A stretch of DNA of 64,000 nucleotides from a virus, in the IMG/VR virus record IMGVR_UViG_3300018077_000007, positions 1 to 64,000 of that record. The stretch is one strand, 5' to 3'. Positions 37,962 to 50,500 of this stretch are shown piece after piece. Position numbers and translations under genes: made by a program. Numbering within the stretch: the first letter of the stretch is position 1; every line of letters starts with the position of its first letter. The notes under the pieces were generated by a model, which was not told where the DNA came from, searched no databases, and saw nothing but the letters and a program-made list of their open reading frames with translations.

Positions 37962-38223
37962 TCAACTATCCCGAAGGCTCCGCCTCTGGGGTTCTCTCCT
38001 GATCGCGGGATTCTGCGCCTTTTCCCCAGTGGGGGCTCTCGCTCAACCCCCGCCGTTGTCCTGTGAGGACCAACTCCGCACCGTGCGGGTCTATGCCGAC
38101 ACGCTCAGCAACGTCCGCCAGCGGATCGAACTGGACGCCGCCCAAACGATTGCGACGCTGTTGAAGCGGATCGAGCAACTTCAGGCGGAAGTCACGGCCC
38201 TGAAAGGCACGAAAAAGGAGTAG
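37954..38223 (+). CDS. Small secreted coiled-coil protein
   Basis: Signal peptide ending ALA|Q followed by a coiled coil. Confidence 0.6.
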   Translation: MNSQLSRRLRLWGSLLIAGFCAFSPVGALAQPPPLSCEDQLRTVRVYADTLSNVRQRIELDAAQTIATLLKRIEQLQAEVTALKGTKKE

Positions 38224-38227
38224 CGGG

Positions 38228-39820
38228 GTGGCCAACGAAGACATCGGCTTCACCGACTACACCGACTGGAGTTGGCTCCAAGCCCTGGGGTTTGAGGACT
38301 TCCGGTTCCCCGAGACGCAGTACGGGGTCTCGCCCGTTGACTTCCGTCCGGCCCTCGGCGATCAGGTGTTCGAAGATCCGTTCGGGCCGCCGGTTCAGCC
38401 CGCGTTCGAGATCACGCCAGAATTTCAGAGTCTCCTTCAGAACGTGCCTCCCGAAGATTTACGGGATTGGGGCGTGGATACCACGACGGGGCAAATTGTC
38501 GATACAAAGACCGGGAAGTCGCCGGAGAGCCTCAGCGCCCGAGATGCGGCCATCATTGCCGCCGTTCAGAAGCAACCGACCTGGCAGGATCGGCTCTTAC
38601 AGTTTGGCATTCCCACGGCGGCGGCGCTCGCGGGAACTGGGGTGGCCCGGCTCATCACGGGCGGTCCCACGACGGTCAAACTCCCCGAACTCACCGGGCC
38701 GGGGCCGGTCGCCACGGCGGGGCAGAACACGCTCCTGACGGCCCTGACCTCGCCGGCTCTCCGAAACGCCCTGACGCTCGCGCAAGGGGGTGATGGGACC
38801 TGGAGCCTTCCCGGAACGCCGGGGATGCCGAGTGCCACGGGCGGGCAAGATTTGGAACGCCTGATCCGATCGGCCCTCACGGGTCAGCGCACCATTGCCG
38901 ATCTGGCGACCGCCGCCGCAGGCCGAGAATTCGGGGCCGCCGAAGAAGAAGCCCCGCTCCAGCGGCTCTACCGGCTGGCGGCGCTGGCCCAACTGCCCGC
39001 GTTCATGGCCCGCCCCGGCCAAGCCGATGCCATGGCCCCGCTGCTCCAGGCGTATGCGGCGGCGAATCTGCCGCCCGCCGGGCCGATGACCGATCCCACG
39101 ACGGCGGCGTTGACGGCTGAACTGGAAGCGGCCTTTGCGGGCAAACTCGATCCTGAAACGGAACGCCGGATTGCCGAAGCGCGGACCTCGCTACGCAACA
39201 CCTTGGCGGCCCAACTCTTGATCAATCCTGGCGATGTCGAGTTGACGACGCCGGGGGCACAGCGCATGGCGGAATTCGAGCGCAATGCCGAGGAACTCCG
39301 GGGGGGCCAGCGGCGCCAGACGATTTCGACCCTCGCGCCCATCGAGCAGCAGCGGCGGCAATTCAACGTGACGACGCCACTGCTGACCCGGATGCAAAAT
39401 CTGGGGCTGCTGCTGCCGGAGGAACGGATTCGGACCCTGTCGGACGACGAGCGGCGCCGGGTCGGGTTGGCCGAACAACTCACGTTCTCAGGGCTCGGGC
39501 GGATCAATCCCGCCACCACCGCCGGCACGCTCTCGAACCTGCTGCCGATCTCCCCCCTGCTCGGGATTCAGCAGACCGATGCCGACCGGCAACTCCAGAA
39601 TGCGCTCCGGGTGCAGGCGGCGCTCTCGGGGTTCCAGGCCGAGACGCAGGGGAACCGCGATCTGGCGACGGCCATCAACCAAGCCTTCGGGATCGGGGCT
39701 TCGGCCCTCGCGCCCCGCGCCTCGTCAACCATGGACCTCTTGCCGCTGATGTTGGCGGGGGGCATGATGAGCCGCACTCCCGGCACTCCGCTCAGCGCAG
39801 AGTCCCTGATGGTGGGCTAA
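38228..39820 (+). CDS. Putative ejection / DNA-transfer protein
   Basis: Helical A/L/Q-rich sequence; located after the tail genes. Confidence 0.55.
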   Translation: MANEDIGFTDYTDWSWLQALGFEDFRFPETQYGVSPVDFRPALGDQVFEDPFGPPVQPAFEITPEFQSLLQNVPPEDLRDWGVDTTTGQIVDTKTGKSPESLSARDAAIIAAVQKQPTWQDRLLQFGIPTAAALAGTGVARLITGGPTTVKLPELTGPGPVATAGQNTLLTALTSPALRNALTLAQGGDGTWSLPGTPGMPSATGGQDLERLIRSALTGQRTIADLATAAAGREFGAAEEEAPLQRLYRLAALAQLPAFMARPGQADAMAPLLQAYAAANLPPAGPMTDPTTAALTAELEAAFAGKLDPETERRIAEARTSLRNTLAAQLLINPGDVELTTPGAQRMAEFERNAEELRGGQRRQTISTLAPIEQQRRQFNVTTPLLTRMQNLGLLLPEERIRTLSDDERRRVGLAEQLTFSGLGRINPATTAGTLSNLLPISPLLGIQQTDADRQLQNALRVQAALSGFQAETQGNRDLATAINQAFGIGASALAPRASSTMDLLPLMLAGGMMSRTPGTPLSAESLMVG

Positions 39821-39824
39821 TTCC

Positions 39825-41522
39825 GTGGCCATCACCTTTGCGGCCCCCGCACCCACCGGGGCAGGGCTCTCGGCCTTCCTGGACGCCTACCTCAAGGGCC
39901 GGGGGGTTAAGCGGGAGGAAGAGAGCGACGAGCTCCGCCGCACCCTCGCGGCCATGCAGCTCCTTCAGGCTGGCCAGGCGTATCAGGCGGGCGAGCGCAC
40001 GACTGCCGAACAAGCCCTCGTGCCAGAAGCGATTCAGCGGGCTCTCGCTGTGCCGGAGCGCACCACGGCGCTCCCGGCGACCGGCATCCCGGGCACCGAA
40101 GCCGTGCCCCAGGTCTCGGAATACCCCGGCTATGCCGCGCCCGCCGAGATGCCAGGGCGCACCGTTCCGCTTGGACGCACCCCCGCCGATGTGCTGTCCG
40201 CCTTGCAGCCTGAGCAGATGGTGGCGTTGCTGAAACACGCGCCCGGCGTGCTCCCCGCGATGGGGCTCCAGAGCGAGGAACAGATCCGCCAGCGGGAACG
40301 CCGGGAGCAAGGCCGCCAGAAGATGCGCACCCTCTATGCGCAAATTCAAGACCTGGGGAAGTCCCGCCGGTGGATTGACGAGCTGGACAAGGAAATCGAG
40401 GGGATGGGGGTTCTCCTGGAGATGGCCGACACTCCCGAGCAAATGGCGGGGGTGCAGGGCGAGCGCCGCAAGCTGTTGGTGACTCGGAAAACCCTCGAAG
40501 ATGACGAGATTGAGCGCACGCTTGGCCCGCAGGAGAAAACGCGCATCTGGGAGGCCGTGGAGACCGCGCGGGTCGCCAAACTCAAGGGCACAGATGTGGC
40601 CCCCGCCATGAGTGCGTTGCACCAAGCGATCGGCACCGCCACGACAAAATTCGGGCGGGCCGAGGGGGAGAAGATCACGGATCGCATGTCGAAGAAACTC
40701 CTCGATGATCTCGTGGAGGACCCGACCGAGCGCGAGTTTCATCGGGCCGTCTGGACCGACGTGCGGGGGCGGCTCACGGCGAATGAACCCTGGTCCCCGG
40801 CGCTCTGGGCCAAGTCGGCGCGCGCCGTGATCGCAGCGGACCCGCAGCGGTACGGGGCGATGGGGTTCACCCTCCTCCAACATAAAACGGTCCCTGACTG
40901 GTTCAAGGAGGCATTCTTTGCGGGGGCGGGCACCGTGCCGGGACTGACGGACAAGGGACTCCCGCCAGAGATCCATGTCGGGAAGATCCAAGAGGAAGAC
41001 GAGGCCCGTCGGCAAGGTCGGTTGCCGACGTTGCAGGGCACGATTCAGAAAGCGCAAGCCTGGGTGCAGGGAAAGGCCACCCGCGATCCGGTGGCCTTGG
41101 CGCAATTGCGCCAGATCACGCAGGGGCAAGTCGATCAGGCCCAGCGGGATGTGCGCGACGCCGAACGCCATTTGGTCGAGGCTCAGAAGGAAGGCTTCCG
41201 GATGAGGGACTTCCTGCCAGGACTGGAAGCGAAAGTGACGGCCGCGAATGAAGTCGTCAAAGCGCGGGTCGCTGACCTGAAAGCGGTCGAGCAAATGGTG
41301 GTGGCGTCGCTGCCGCCGGGCCTGCGGGAGGTGTATGAAAAAGGCAAACCCGCGCCTGCACCGCCCCCGCCAGACATGAACCAGGTTCGAGCCCGGCAGA
41401 AGGCCCTGACCGAGGAGGAACACGCGAAGGAAGGGGCCACGCCCGAGAAGATCAAGGCGGCGGTGAAAGCGCGACTGCAACAGGAGTTTCCGACCCTTCC
41501 CTCCATATATTTCCCCCGATAA
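39825..41522 (+). CDS. Putative ejection protein
   Basis: GLSAFLDAYLKG N-terminus, helical; lies just before the giant gene. Confidence 0.55.
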   Translation: MAITFAAPAPTGAGLSAFLDAYLKGRGVKREEESDELRRTLAAMQLLQAGQAYQAGERTTAEQALVPEAIQRALAVPERTTALPATGIPGTEAVPQVSEYPGYAAPAEMPGRTVPLGRTPADVLSALQPEQMVALLKHAPGVLPAMGLQSEEQIRQRERREQGRQKMRTLYAQIQDLGKSRRWIDELDKEIEGMGVLLEMADTPEQMAGVQGERRKLLVTRKTLEDDEIERTLGPQEKTRIWEAVETARVAKLKGTDVAPAMSALHQAIGTATTKFGRAEGEKITDRMSKKLLDDLVEDPTEREFHRAVWTDVRGRLTANEPWSPALWAKSARAVIAADPQRYGAMGFTLLQHKTVPDWFKEAFFAGAGTVPGLTDKGLPPEIHVGKIQEEDEARRQGRLPTLQGTIQKAQAWVQGKATRDPVALAQLRQITQGQVDQAQRDVRDAERHLVEAQKEGFRMRDFLPGLEAKVTAANEVVKARVADLKAVEQMVVASLPPGLREVYEKGKPAPAPPPPDMNQVRARQKALTEEEHAKEGATPEKIKAAVKARLQQEFPTLPSIYFPR

Positions 41523-41528
41523 TTCCCT

Positions 41529-44500
41529 ATGGCGAGTCCGTTTGAGACGGCCCTCGAAGAAGACCTTGCGGAACTCACCGGACACCGCCCCAAGGGGCGC
41601 CCGCCCGTCCCGCCCGTCCTTTCTCCTTTCGAGCGAAATCTCACGGAGGATCTGAAGGCGCTCACCGAAGAGAAACGCACCCGGCTCGCCGAGGAAGCCT
41701 TTGGCATTGACCTGGCGGGGCGCCCCCGGCCCACAATGGAGGAAGTGGCTGGCGTTTCCCCTGCTCAGATCCTTGCCCCCGCCCTTCCGACCTCTCCCGA
41801 AGCCGCCGCCGCCCTGAGCCTCCGCACCGCTCCAGAGCCGGTCATCCCCCCCGTGCCGTCTCACTTGGAGGTGCTCCGTACTCCGCCGGGGCAGCCCGGT
41901 CCGGGGATCGCGCCGGTGATCCCGGCGGGAGCGCCGTTGCCGGGGCGAGTGCAGCCCGTGAGTCGCCCGCCCGCCATGACCGCCGAGATGGCCTTCGCGC
42001 AGGCTCCCGAGGCGATGGTTGAGGCTCCTTCGACCACGCCTGACATCCTGGCGGCGCTTGCGGCACTCCCTCGGGTGGCGCGTCCGACTCTCGAAGAGAT
42101 GACCCCAGAGGCTAAGTTGCTTCGGAGCCTCATGGCTCTTCCGTCCGAGGTCTTTGCTCAACAGGGTCCTCCGGCCCCTCCGCCCAAGATCACGCCCTAC
42201 CAAGCCCCCTCGGTCTTTGAACCTCCTGAAACCGTGGCGGGTCGGGCAGGCCGAGCGATGGTCTTCGGACTCCGCACTGGAGCAGTCGGGCAATTTGCCC
42301 GGTGGCTCAATCAGCAGATCGGCGAGCAGCTTCCGGGGCCACCGTCCGGTCCCGTGCAGGCCATTGATCCTGACAACGCCTTTGAGCAATTGATTGCACT
42401 GGGCACCAGTCTCGGGACCGATTGGAAGCTCTTCAGCTTTGGCGGCAAGGTCGGCATGGAAGCCATGTCCCGCGTGCTCAACGGTATCGGAGCTGGGATG
42501 ACGAAGCGGGGCGTCGCGGCAGGGCTTACCGAGGCCGAGGCCCGTGCTGCGGCCCAGCAGGTGCTTCGGGAGAATCCGGTGGTCCAAATGCTCACCGGGG
42601 CTGCGGTGGGGGCCAGCGCCCTCGCGATTCCTGGAGCGGCTCGGGAAACAAGTCGAGAACTCGTGACCGGTGAACCCTTGCAACCCGGCAAGATCGCAGC
42701 GGCGGCAGGCAAGGAAGCGATCATCGGGGGGTTAACCTTTGGGGTCGCTGCCCCGATTGATTCCCGAATCCTCCGGGCTACCGCCCTGATCTTGGGGTTT
42801 GGAACATTGCCGCCGATTGTCCAGGAACAGCGGATGCCCACGGCCCACGACCTCATCAACGCGGGCGTGTCGATTGGACTCATTGAATTAGCCGCCGCCC
42901 TGATGGGAGTCAGGAGCGGGTGGCAGGCACGCCAAGCCAGAGGTGAACCACTTCCCGAACTGGGGCGCGATGTTGTTGGGAACGTGATTTATGACCGAGT
43001 TCTCGGCATTTTCAAGCGGAAGGGAATGTCGGAGAACGAGGCGCGGGCGAGTGCGGATCGCTTGATTCAGGAAACGGTTGGGGTTGCCGCCAAGCCGACA
43101 CGGGCGACGACCGGTGCCCAGCCAGCCACACCGGGAGAAGCTGGTTCCCTCGCCCGCCCCCGCGAGGGGTTGACCGAACCCGAAATCGAGTTGGACGTGC
43201 TGGAGCGCCGGGCCGCCGAACTGCACCGCCAGATCGCCGCCGAGGAAGCGGCACCCGCGCCGCCCCCCCCGCCAGCGGCTCCTCCCGCGCCCCTGCCGCC
43301 TCCAGCGCCCCGACCTCCTGCCCTCGTGCCCGTTCCACCGGCTCCCACTGAGATCGCCCCGCCTGTGCCCCCGGTGGCCCCAGGAGCCCCTCTTCCGGCC
43401 CCGATTGAGCGCCCTCCGGCCCCTGTGACATGGGGGGGGTGGCAAGAAACCCCCACAGGGCCACCGTTGGAGTTGTGGACCCTGACCGAGGCCATTCCGG
43501 GCCATCCCGATGGTTCGACGGTCGGCCGGGAGACCTTGGAAGCGGCAGGGTTCACGGTGCCCGAACCTCCAGAGATCCCGCCCCAAGTCCCGGCTCCGAC
43601 CCGTCCAGCCCCCCAGGTTCCCGTTCCACCGGCTGGAGTTGCGGGCGCTCCTCCGCCATCCGTTCCTGAAACTGCCCCGGGGGCAGAATTGCCACCTGAG
43701 ACTCCACGTGGAACATTACCCACCGAAGGATTCACGCGGGTTGGCGCTGCCGAATACGGGGACCTGCCGAAGGAAGGGCGCTCCATCTACAACCCGACCG
43801 GACTCCGTGGGCGCGTCGTCGGATCGGATGCGGAGAACTTCTACGTGAGTCGGCTCGCTGGATCCGTCGCCTGGGTGGATAAATACCCCCGACAACTGAT
43901 CGAAGACACGCAAGCCTACTTTACCGAAGGCGCTGCCGTCCAGACCCCCTATGGCCCCGCCACCCTCGTCACGCCACCGGCCCGCGATGACCGGGGCATG
44001 GTGATGGTGACGGTGCGCTGGCCGGCGGGCATTCCAGCAGAAGTGTCCGACCGCCTGGGCGCATCGGCGCTCTTGGATGCCCCGGTCTTCCAGGGGCGTC
44101 CCGAAATGCAGGCTGATTGGGTCGGCTGGCGAACCGTGCGCCCCGGCTATCCCTCGGTGGGGCAATGGAAGCTCCGGCAACCTATCAAGGGGCATGAGAG
44201 CGGGGAAGTCGTCACCGCCTTAGCTATTCGGGATGCAGGATTCCGGGCACCGATTCCTCCAGAAGCCCCGCCGGCTCCCCCCACCGCTCCCAAGGCCCCC
44301 GTTGCCCCGGTGCCGCCACCGCCGAAACCGCCCCGACCAGGAAAACGCCTTCTCAGGCCAGATCAACTCAGCGATTTTCGTCCCGGCATTGACCGGGTGG
44401 AACGGCGCGGAGATCGCACCTTTGTGGTGGACTCCCTCGGGGAACGGGCACCCGTTGAAGTGCAATCGGATGTCGTGATTCCAGAGATCGAAACTCGGCT

Positions 44501-47500
44501 CCGCGCCCAACGTACCCAACCTGCGTTGCGCAACCGAGCCATTCAAGCAATTCGACAAACCCCGTTCCTTTCACCAGAAGGAAAGGCCGAGCGTCTTCGG
44601 ATTCTTGAAGAGCCAGAGGAACTTCCAGCCCCAGAAGCGGCACCTCCGGTCACGCCGACAGTACAGCCGACCCCGCCTCCTTCGGGGGTGATCCCGGTCC
44701 CCCGCCCGACCGACTATCGGCTGGTTCAACGGCTCCCAACCGATCCCGTCACCATTCAGATGCGGGAACCGACCGGGCGCTGGACCACGGCCACCACCGT
44801 TGATGATGTCCCGGCCGCTGAAGAATGGGTGAGGGCCTGGGGAGGAACGATTATCCGGCGTACCCTGCCACCCCCGCCCCTTACCGCTGGCTCCCGCGTC
44901 CGGCTCAAGGATGGGCGGGACGGGACGGTCGAAAGCCTCAAGGGCGGCGTGGCCCGCGTGAAACTGCCCTCGGGGCAGAAGGTGAACGCCCCGCTGCGGT
45001 CGCTGACGCCGAAAGAACCCGAGATTGCCGTCCCTGCCGCCCCACCGCCCACCCCAACCCTGGAAGAAGGGCAGCGACAAGGAACCCTCGTCCCAATTGA
45101 GCCTGCCACCACCAAGGCGATTTCGGATCAGGTCAGCGAGTACCTGAAACGGCTAGAGCAGGTTGAAGGGACGCTAGAGCCCGAAGAGATCGCCGAGGGC
45201 CAGGTGTTACTGACTCGGGTGCAGGATCATCTGGATGAACTGCCCGCCGCCGCCCTGTCCCAACGAGCCGATATGCGGGCGGCGGAAGAAAAACTCCGGC
45301 TTCCAGCCGAACAGGGAACTCGGCCGGAATACGTTGGGCCGACTCGCCCGCCTCCTTCACCGCCCGAACCGCCGAAGCCCATTGATCTTGACCGCCTCGG
45401 GCCATCCATGCGGCGAGCTGAGATTCGCGGCGCGAAGGTCGGGCAGGCTGTCACGTTTCGAGGAGAGACCTGGGCGCTGGCGAAATCGGGATACTGGACG
45501 CATGGTGGTGAGACCCTGGCGACCCAGGCCCTCGTCTCACATTTCGAGTCGATGAGTCGCCAACCGGCTCCGATCCCGCCAGTTCCGCCAACCGAGGTTC
45601 TTCCCTCTGGGCGTGTGCAACTGGCCGATGGGCGTCAAGGAACCGTCGTCGGACGGTCCGAAGGTCTTGCCCCCTGGAAAGGAATCATCACGCGGGTTCG
45701 GCTCGACGACGGAACGGAGGTGAACGTTCGGACCGACCGCTTGACTTCTGTGCCAGCCGCGCCCACACTGGCTGGTGAGGAGGGTGGCCGTGCCGTTATC
45801 CCACCACGAGAACCCGAACGTCCCGCCGAGTCTCGCGGCCCAGATCGAAGACCACTGGCGGAAGTATCGCCCGAACCTAGTCCGCGCCCTAGAGGCGGAC
45901 AGCCAGTTGAAGGACTCGGTGGAGGAGGCCGCGCTCCTGACCGTGGAGGCGCTGGACGACCTGCTGGAGAAACGGGTGCCATACAACCAAGCGTGGGAGG
46001 CCGTCCGCCACGAGTGGGCGTTCCTGCCGGCGGAAGACGAGGTGCCCGACCTGCCCCTTCCGTTCCTACCAATCTCGATTACCGCTTCACCCCAGACGAC
46101 GCCGCCCGCATCGTAAGCGGCGGTCCTAAAGAGCGCGTTCGCCGCAACCTCGATAGCATCCGGCTCCTCAAAGAGATTGAGGCGGCTGGGCGCCCCGCCA
46201 CCCCCGAAGAACAGCAAACCCTGGCTGCTTACGTTGGGTGGGGACCCTTCAAACAAATCTTTGAGCGCTACTGGGATCCGAAATGGGCCGATCTCTACCA
46301 AGAGATCAAGGACACCCTCACCGAGGACGAATACGAAGCCGCCCGCGCCTCCAGCCTGAACGCCTTCTATACCACGCCGGGAGTGGTAGAAGCGATGTGG
46401 GGCGCAGTCAAGCAGTTCGGACTACCGGGTGGTCCCGCAACCCGCATCCTTGAACCCGCGATGGGGATCGGGTACTTTTTCGGCTTTATGCCCGACACCT
46501 TCACGGGGGTCCGGCGCGTCGGCGTGGAATTGGATCCGATCACGGGCCGGATGGCCACGCTCCTCTTCCCCAGTACCCGCGTCCATGTCCAGGGCTTCGA
46601 GACCGTGCCGTTTCCGAAGAACTTCTTTGATCTGGCGGTCAGCAACGTGCCGTTCGGGGAGTTCGGCGTCCATGACCCAGCTTATCGCCGAGAACCGTTC
46701 CTCACGGAGTCGATCCATAACTATTTCTTCGCCAAGGCTCTCGATGTGGTCCGGCCTAGTGGCGTCGTCGCGTTCATCACGTCACGCTATACCTTGGATG
46801 CACGAAATTCCCGATTTCGCCAATGGCTCGCGGATCGGGCGACCTTGTTAGGAGCGGTCCGGCTCCCCGAGACGGCCTTTCAACGCGCCGCTGGCACCGA
46901 AGTCGTTACCGACATTCTCTTCTTCCAGAAGTACCCCTCGGGCACGACCCCGACCTGGGTAGACAGCACCCCGATGCAGGTCAGTGGCGTCACGAAACAT
47001 GTGAACGCCTATTTCCAGGAGCATCCCGAGATGGTCCTGGGCCGGCATGTGGTCGAACGCGGGATGTACGAACCCGAGGCATTAACCGTCAAGCCAACTG
47101 GCGATCTCCTTCAACAATTAGCGGCGGCCCTCGCCGAGTTGCCGGAGGATGTGATCCGATCCGCCGGAATTCCCGTGCGCGACCCCCTCCCTGCCGCCGT
47201 GCCAGAACCGCCCGGTGCGGTCAAAGACGGCGGGTTCTTTCTTGACCAGGGGGCGATCTTCCGTAAGCACGGGACCGAAGCGGTCTCTGCCGACATTCCC
47301 GTCGCCCAGATCCCGAAGGTCACGGCACTCCTCCACATTCGGGACGCGGCCCGCGAGGTGCTCCGGGCGCAACTCGAAGAGCTTCCTGATGCCGAATGGG
47401 AGACGGCCCGCACCCACCTCAATCGACTCTACGACATCTTCCTCAAGCGACACGGACCGCTTTCGGCTCGAACGGTCCACCGAGAATTCACGGGCGACCC

Positions 47501-50500
47501 CGATTTCCCGTTCCTGCTGGCGCTCGAAAAGAGTTATGACCCTGACACGAACCGGGCGGAGAAGGCCGACCTCTTCATAAAGCGCACCATCCAGCCGTAC
47601 CGACCCCCCGAGCGAGCTGAGACCCCCCAAGCGGCCCTCCTGATCGCTCTGAACGAAACCGGGCGAGTGGATCTGGCCCGGATGGCGGCGCTGGTCGGGC
47701 AGTCTCCAGAAGGCGTCCAGACAGCCCTGGCCGGGTTGATTTATAAGAACCCTGAAGGCGACTGGGAAACCGCCGAGGAGTATCTCTCGGGCAACGTGCG
47801 GGAGAAGCTCCGGGCCGCCGAAGTCGCCGCGTCCCTAGAGTCTCTGTATCAGCCGAATGTTGAGGCACTTCTCCGCATCCAGCCGACGGATTTAGTCCCA
47901 GGTGAGATCGAGGTGCGCCTGGGATCGCCGTGGCTCCCGACCGACACGGCGGAAGCCTTTATTGGGCATCTCCTGGGCGCACAGCCGAGTGCCTTCCGCG
48001 TGGGTCATCACGCCGCGACGGCCACGTGGACCATTGAGGCGCGTGGATACCAAGGCGACCGTGTTCTCCAGAGTGCTGAGAATCTTCGGGTCTGGGGATC
48101 GGAGAACTACCGGGCCGTGGAGTTAATTCGGGATTCCTTGAATGGGGCATTCCCCACGGTTTGGACAAAAGATGCGGATGGAAAGAATGTGGTGGACCAA
48201 GACGCCACCCTTGCGGCCCGCGACCAGCAAGAGAAAGTGAAGGCCGAGTTTCGGAAGTGGGTGTGGACCGACGAGGACCGGGCCACCGCATTGGCCCAAC
48301 TCTACAACGAGCAGTTCAATGCCCTCCGGCTCCGGGAGCACGACGGGCGCCATTTAGAGTTGCCCGGCATGGCCAAGGGGGTACTCCGGGATGGTGATCT
48401 CGCCGCCCATCAAAAGAACGCCGTCTGGCGCATCCTCCAGGGCGGCAATGCGCTCATTGCCCACCACGTCGGATCAGGGAAAACCTATGTGGCCGCCGCC
48501 GCAATGATGGAGTTGCGTCGGCTCGGATTGGCCCGGAAGCCTATGCTGGTGGTGCCGCGAAGTCGGCTGGAAGGCACGGCAGCCGAGTTTCTTCAACTCT
48601 ATCCCGCCGCCCACCTGCTGGCCATCCAGCCGGAAGACTTGACGCCGCAGAAGCGTCCCGAACTGATGAGCCGGATTGCCACCGGCGACTGGGATGCCGT
48701 CACGGTGAGCCGAGAGAGCTTCGAGCGCCTGCCGGTGCGGAACGCGACCCTCGCCACTTTTATTCGGGAACAACTGCAAGAGTTGGAGGACGCGATCCGG
48801 GCCGAGAAGGTCGCCGAGGGACGCAGCCGAAGCCCGCTCATCCGCAAACTCGAAGTCGCCAAAAAGAAGCTGGAACAGAAGCTAAAAGACGCTCTCAAGC
48901 CCGAAGCGAAGGATGTTGCAGTAGCGTTTGAGGAATTAGGGGTCGATGCCCTTTTCGTGGATGAGGCCCAAGCCTATAAGAATCTGCCGGTCCGCACAGC
49001 GGCCCGCAACATCGCGGGGATCAACACGGCGGAATCCAACCGGGCCTTCGATCTGTTTATGAAGAGTCAATGGCTCCTGCGCCGCAACAACGGGCGGGGA
49101 CTGATCTTTTTGACGGGGACCCCGATTACCAACACCATTGCGGAGATGTATACGCTCCAGCGGTTTCTTGATCTTCCGCGTCTCCGGCAGTTGGGGCTGG
49201 CCGAGTTCGACGCTTGGCGGGGGCAGTTTGGCGAGATCGTTCAGAGCGTAGAACTGAACGTTCAGGCGACGGGATACCGGGTCAAGAGCCGGTTTGCCAA
49301 GTTTGTGAATCTGCCGGAACTCTTAACGCTCTATCGCACCGTGGCGGATGTGCAGACTGACGCGATGCTGAAGCTCCCGAAACCGGGGCTGGCGGGGGGC
49401 CGGCGCCGGGAGATCGTGACGACTCCGCATCCACGGATGCGCGCCTTCCTGGACGAGTTGAACCATCGGGTGGAAGCCATCCAGAAGCGTGTCGTTGAAC
49501 CGACCGTAGACAATATGCTCAAGGTAAGCACCGATGGACGGAAAGCCGCCATTGACATGCGGTTGTTCGATCCGACAGCCGGAGACGTGGCTGGGGGGAA
49601 AACCAGCCGAGCCGCCGAGGCCATCTACGAACAGTGGCACGTCAATCGGGCGATGAAGGGAACCCAACTCGTATTTGTGGACTTTTCAGCCCCGGCGACG
49701 GGAGCGTTCTCCGTGCCGACGGACCTCCGCAACAAGTTGGTTAAGTTAGGCATTCCGAAGGCCGAGATCGCCTTTATTCAGGACGCGAAGAACGTCAAGG
49801 CTCAGGAACAACTCTTCCAGAATGTTCGCCGGGGGCGCATTCGGGTGTTGATCGGGTCCACGGAGAAGATGGGGATTGGGGTGAACGTCCAAAACAAGGT
49901 GGTGGCCCTCCACCATCTGGATGCGCCCTGGCGTCCTGCCGATCTGGAACAACGTGAAGGCCGCGCTTTGCGGCCCGGCAACGAAAACGCCGAAGTCGAG
50001 GTTCTGCTCTATCTCACTCCCGGTTCCTTCGATGCCTATATGTGGCAAACCCTGGAGCGCAAGGCTCGGTTCGTCGACCAGATCATGCGGGGCGAAGTCG
50101 GAGTGCGGTCGGCGGAGGACATTGAGGGCCGAGCCTTCACCTACGCGGAGTATAAGGCCCTCGCGTCGGGGAACCCCATCGTGGCCGAAAAGGTCCAGGT
50201 GGACGCGGACATTCTGCGGTTGGGACGCCTCCGCGCCCACCATGACACACAGCAATGGCAGATCCGGCGCGATCTCGCGGGGCTCCCCGTACGCTTGGCC
50301 GAGGCCGACAAGCGGGTGACGGCAATCCAATCCGACATCGGAACCCGCAATCAAGACCGCCCCGCTGAATTCAGCATGACCATCGCGTTGATGCTCCGCA
50401 CGGAACACCGTGGCACCTTCACCGATCGAGTCGAAGCGGGTGAGCAACTCTGGAAAATGTTGAATGCGGCTCGTGGAAGCAGCGCGCCAACGAAACTTGG

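Noticed and set aside
39792-42683. 963-aa minus-strand ORF, and similar long antisense ORFs (709-2406, 33563-35197, 53577-55133)
   Set aside because: These are shadow ORFs opposite well-supported + strand genes in GC-rich DNA, with no recognisable motifs.
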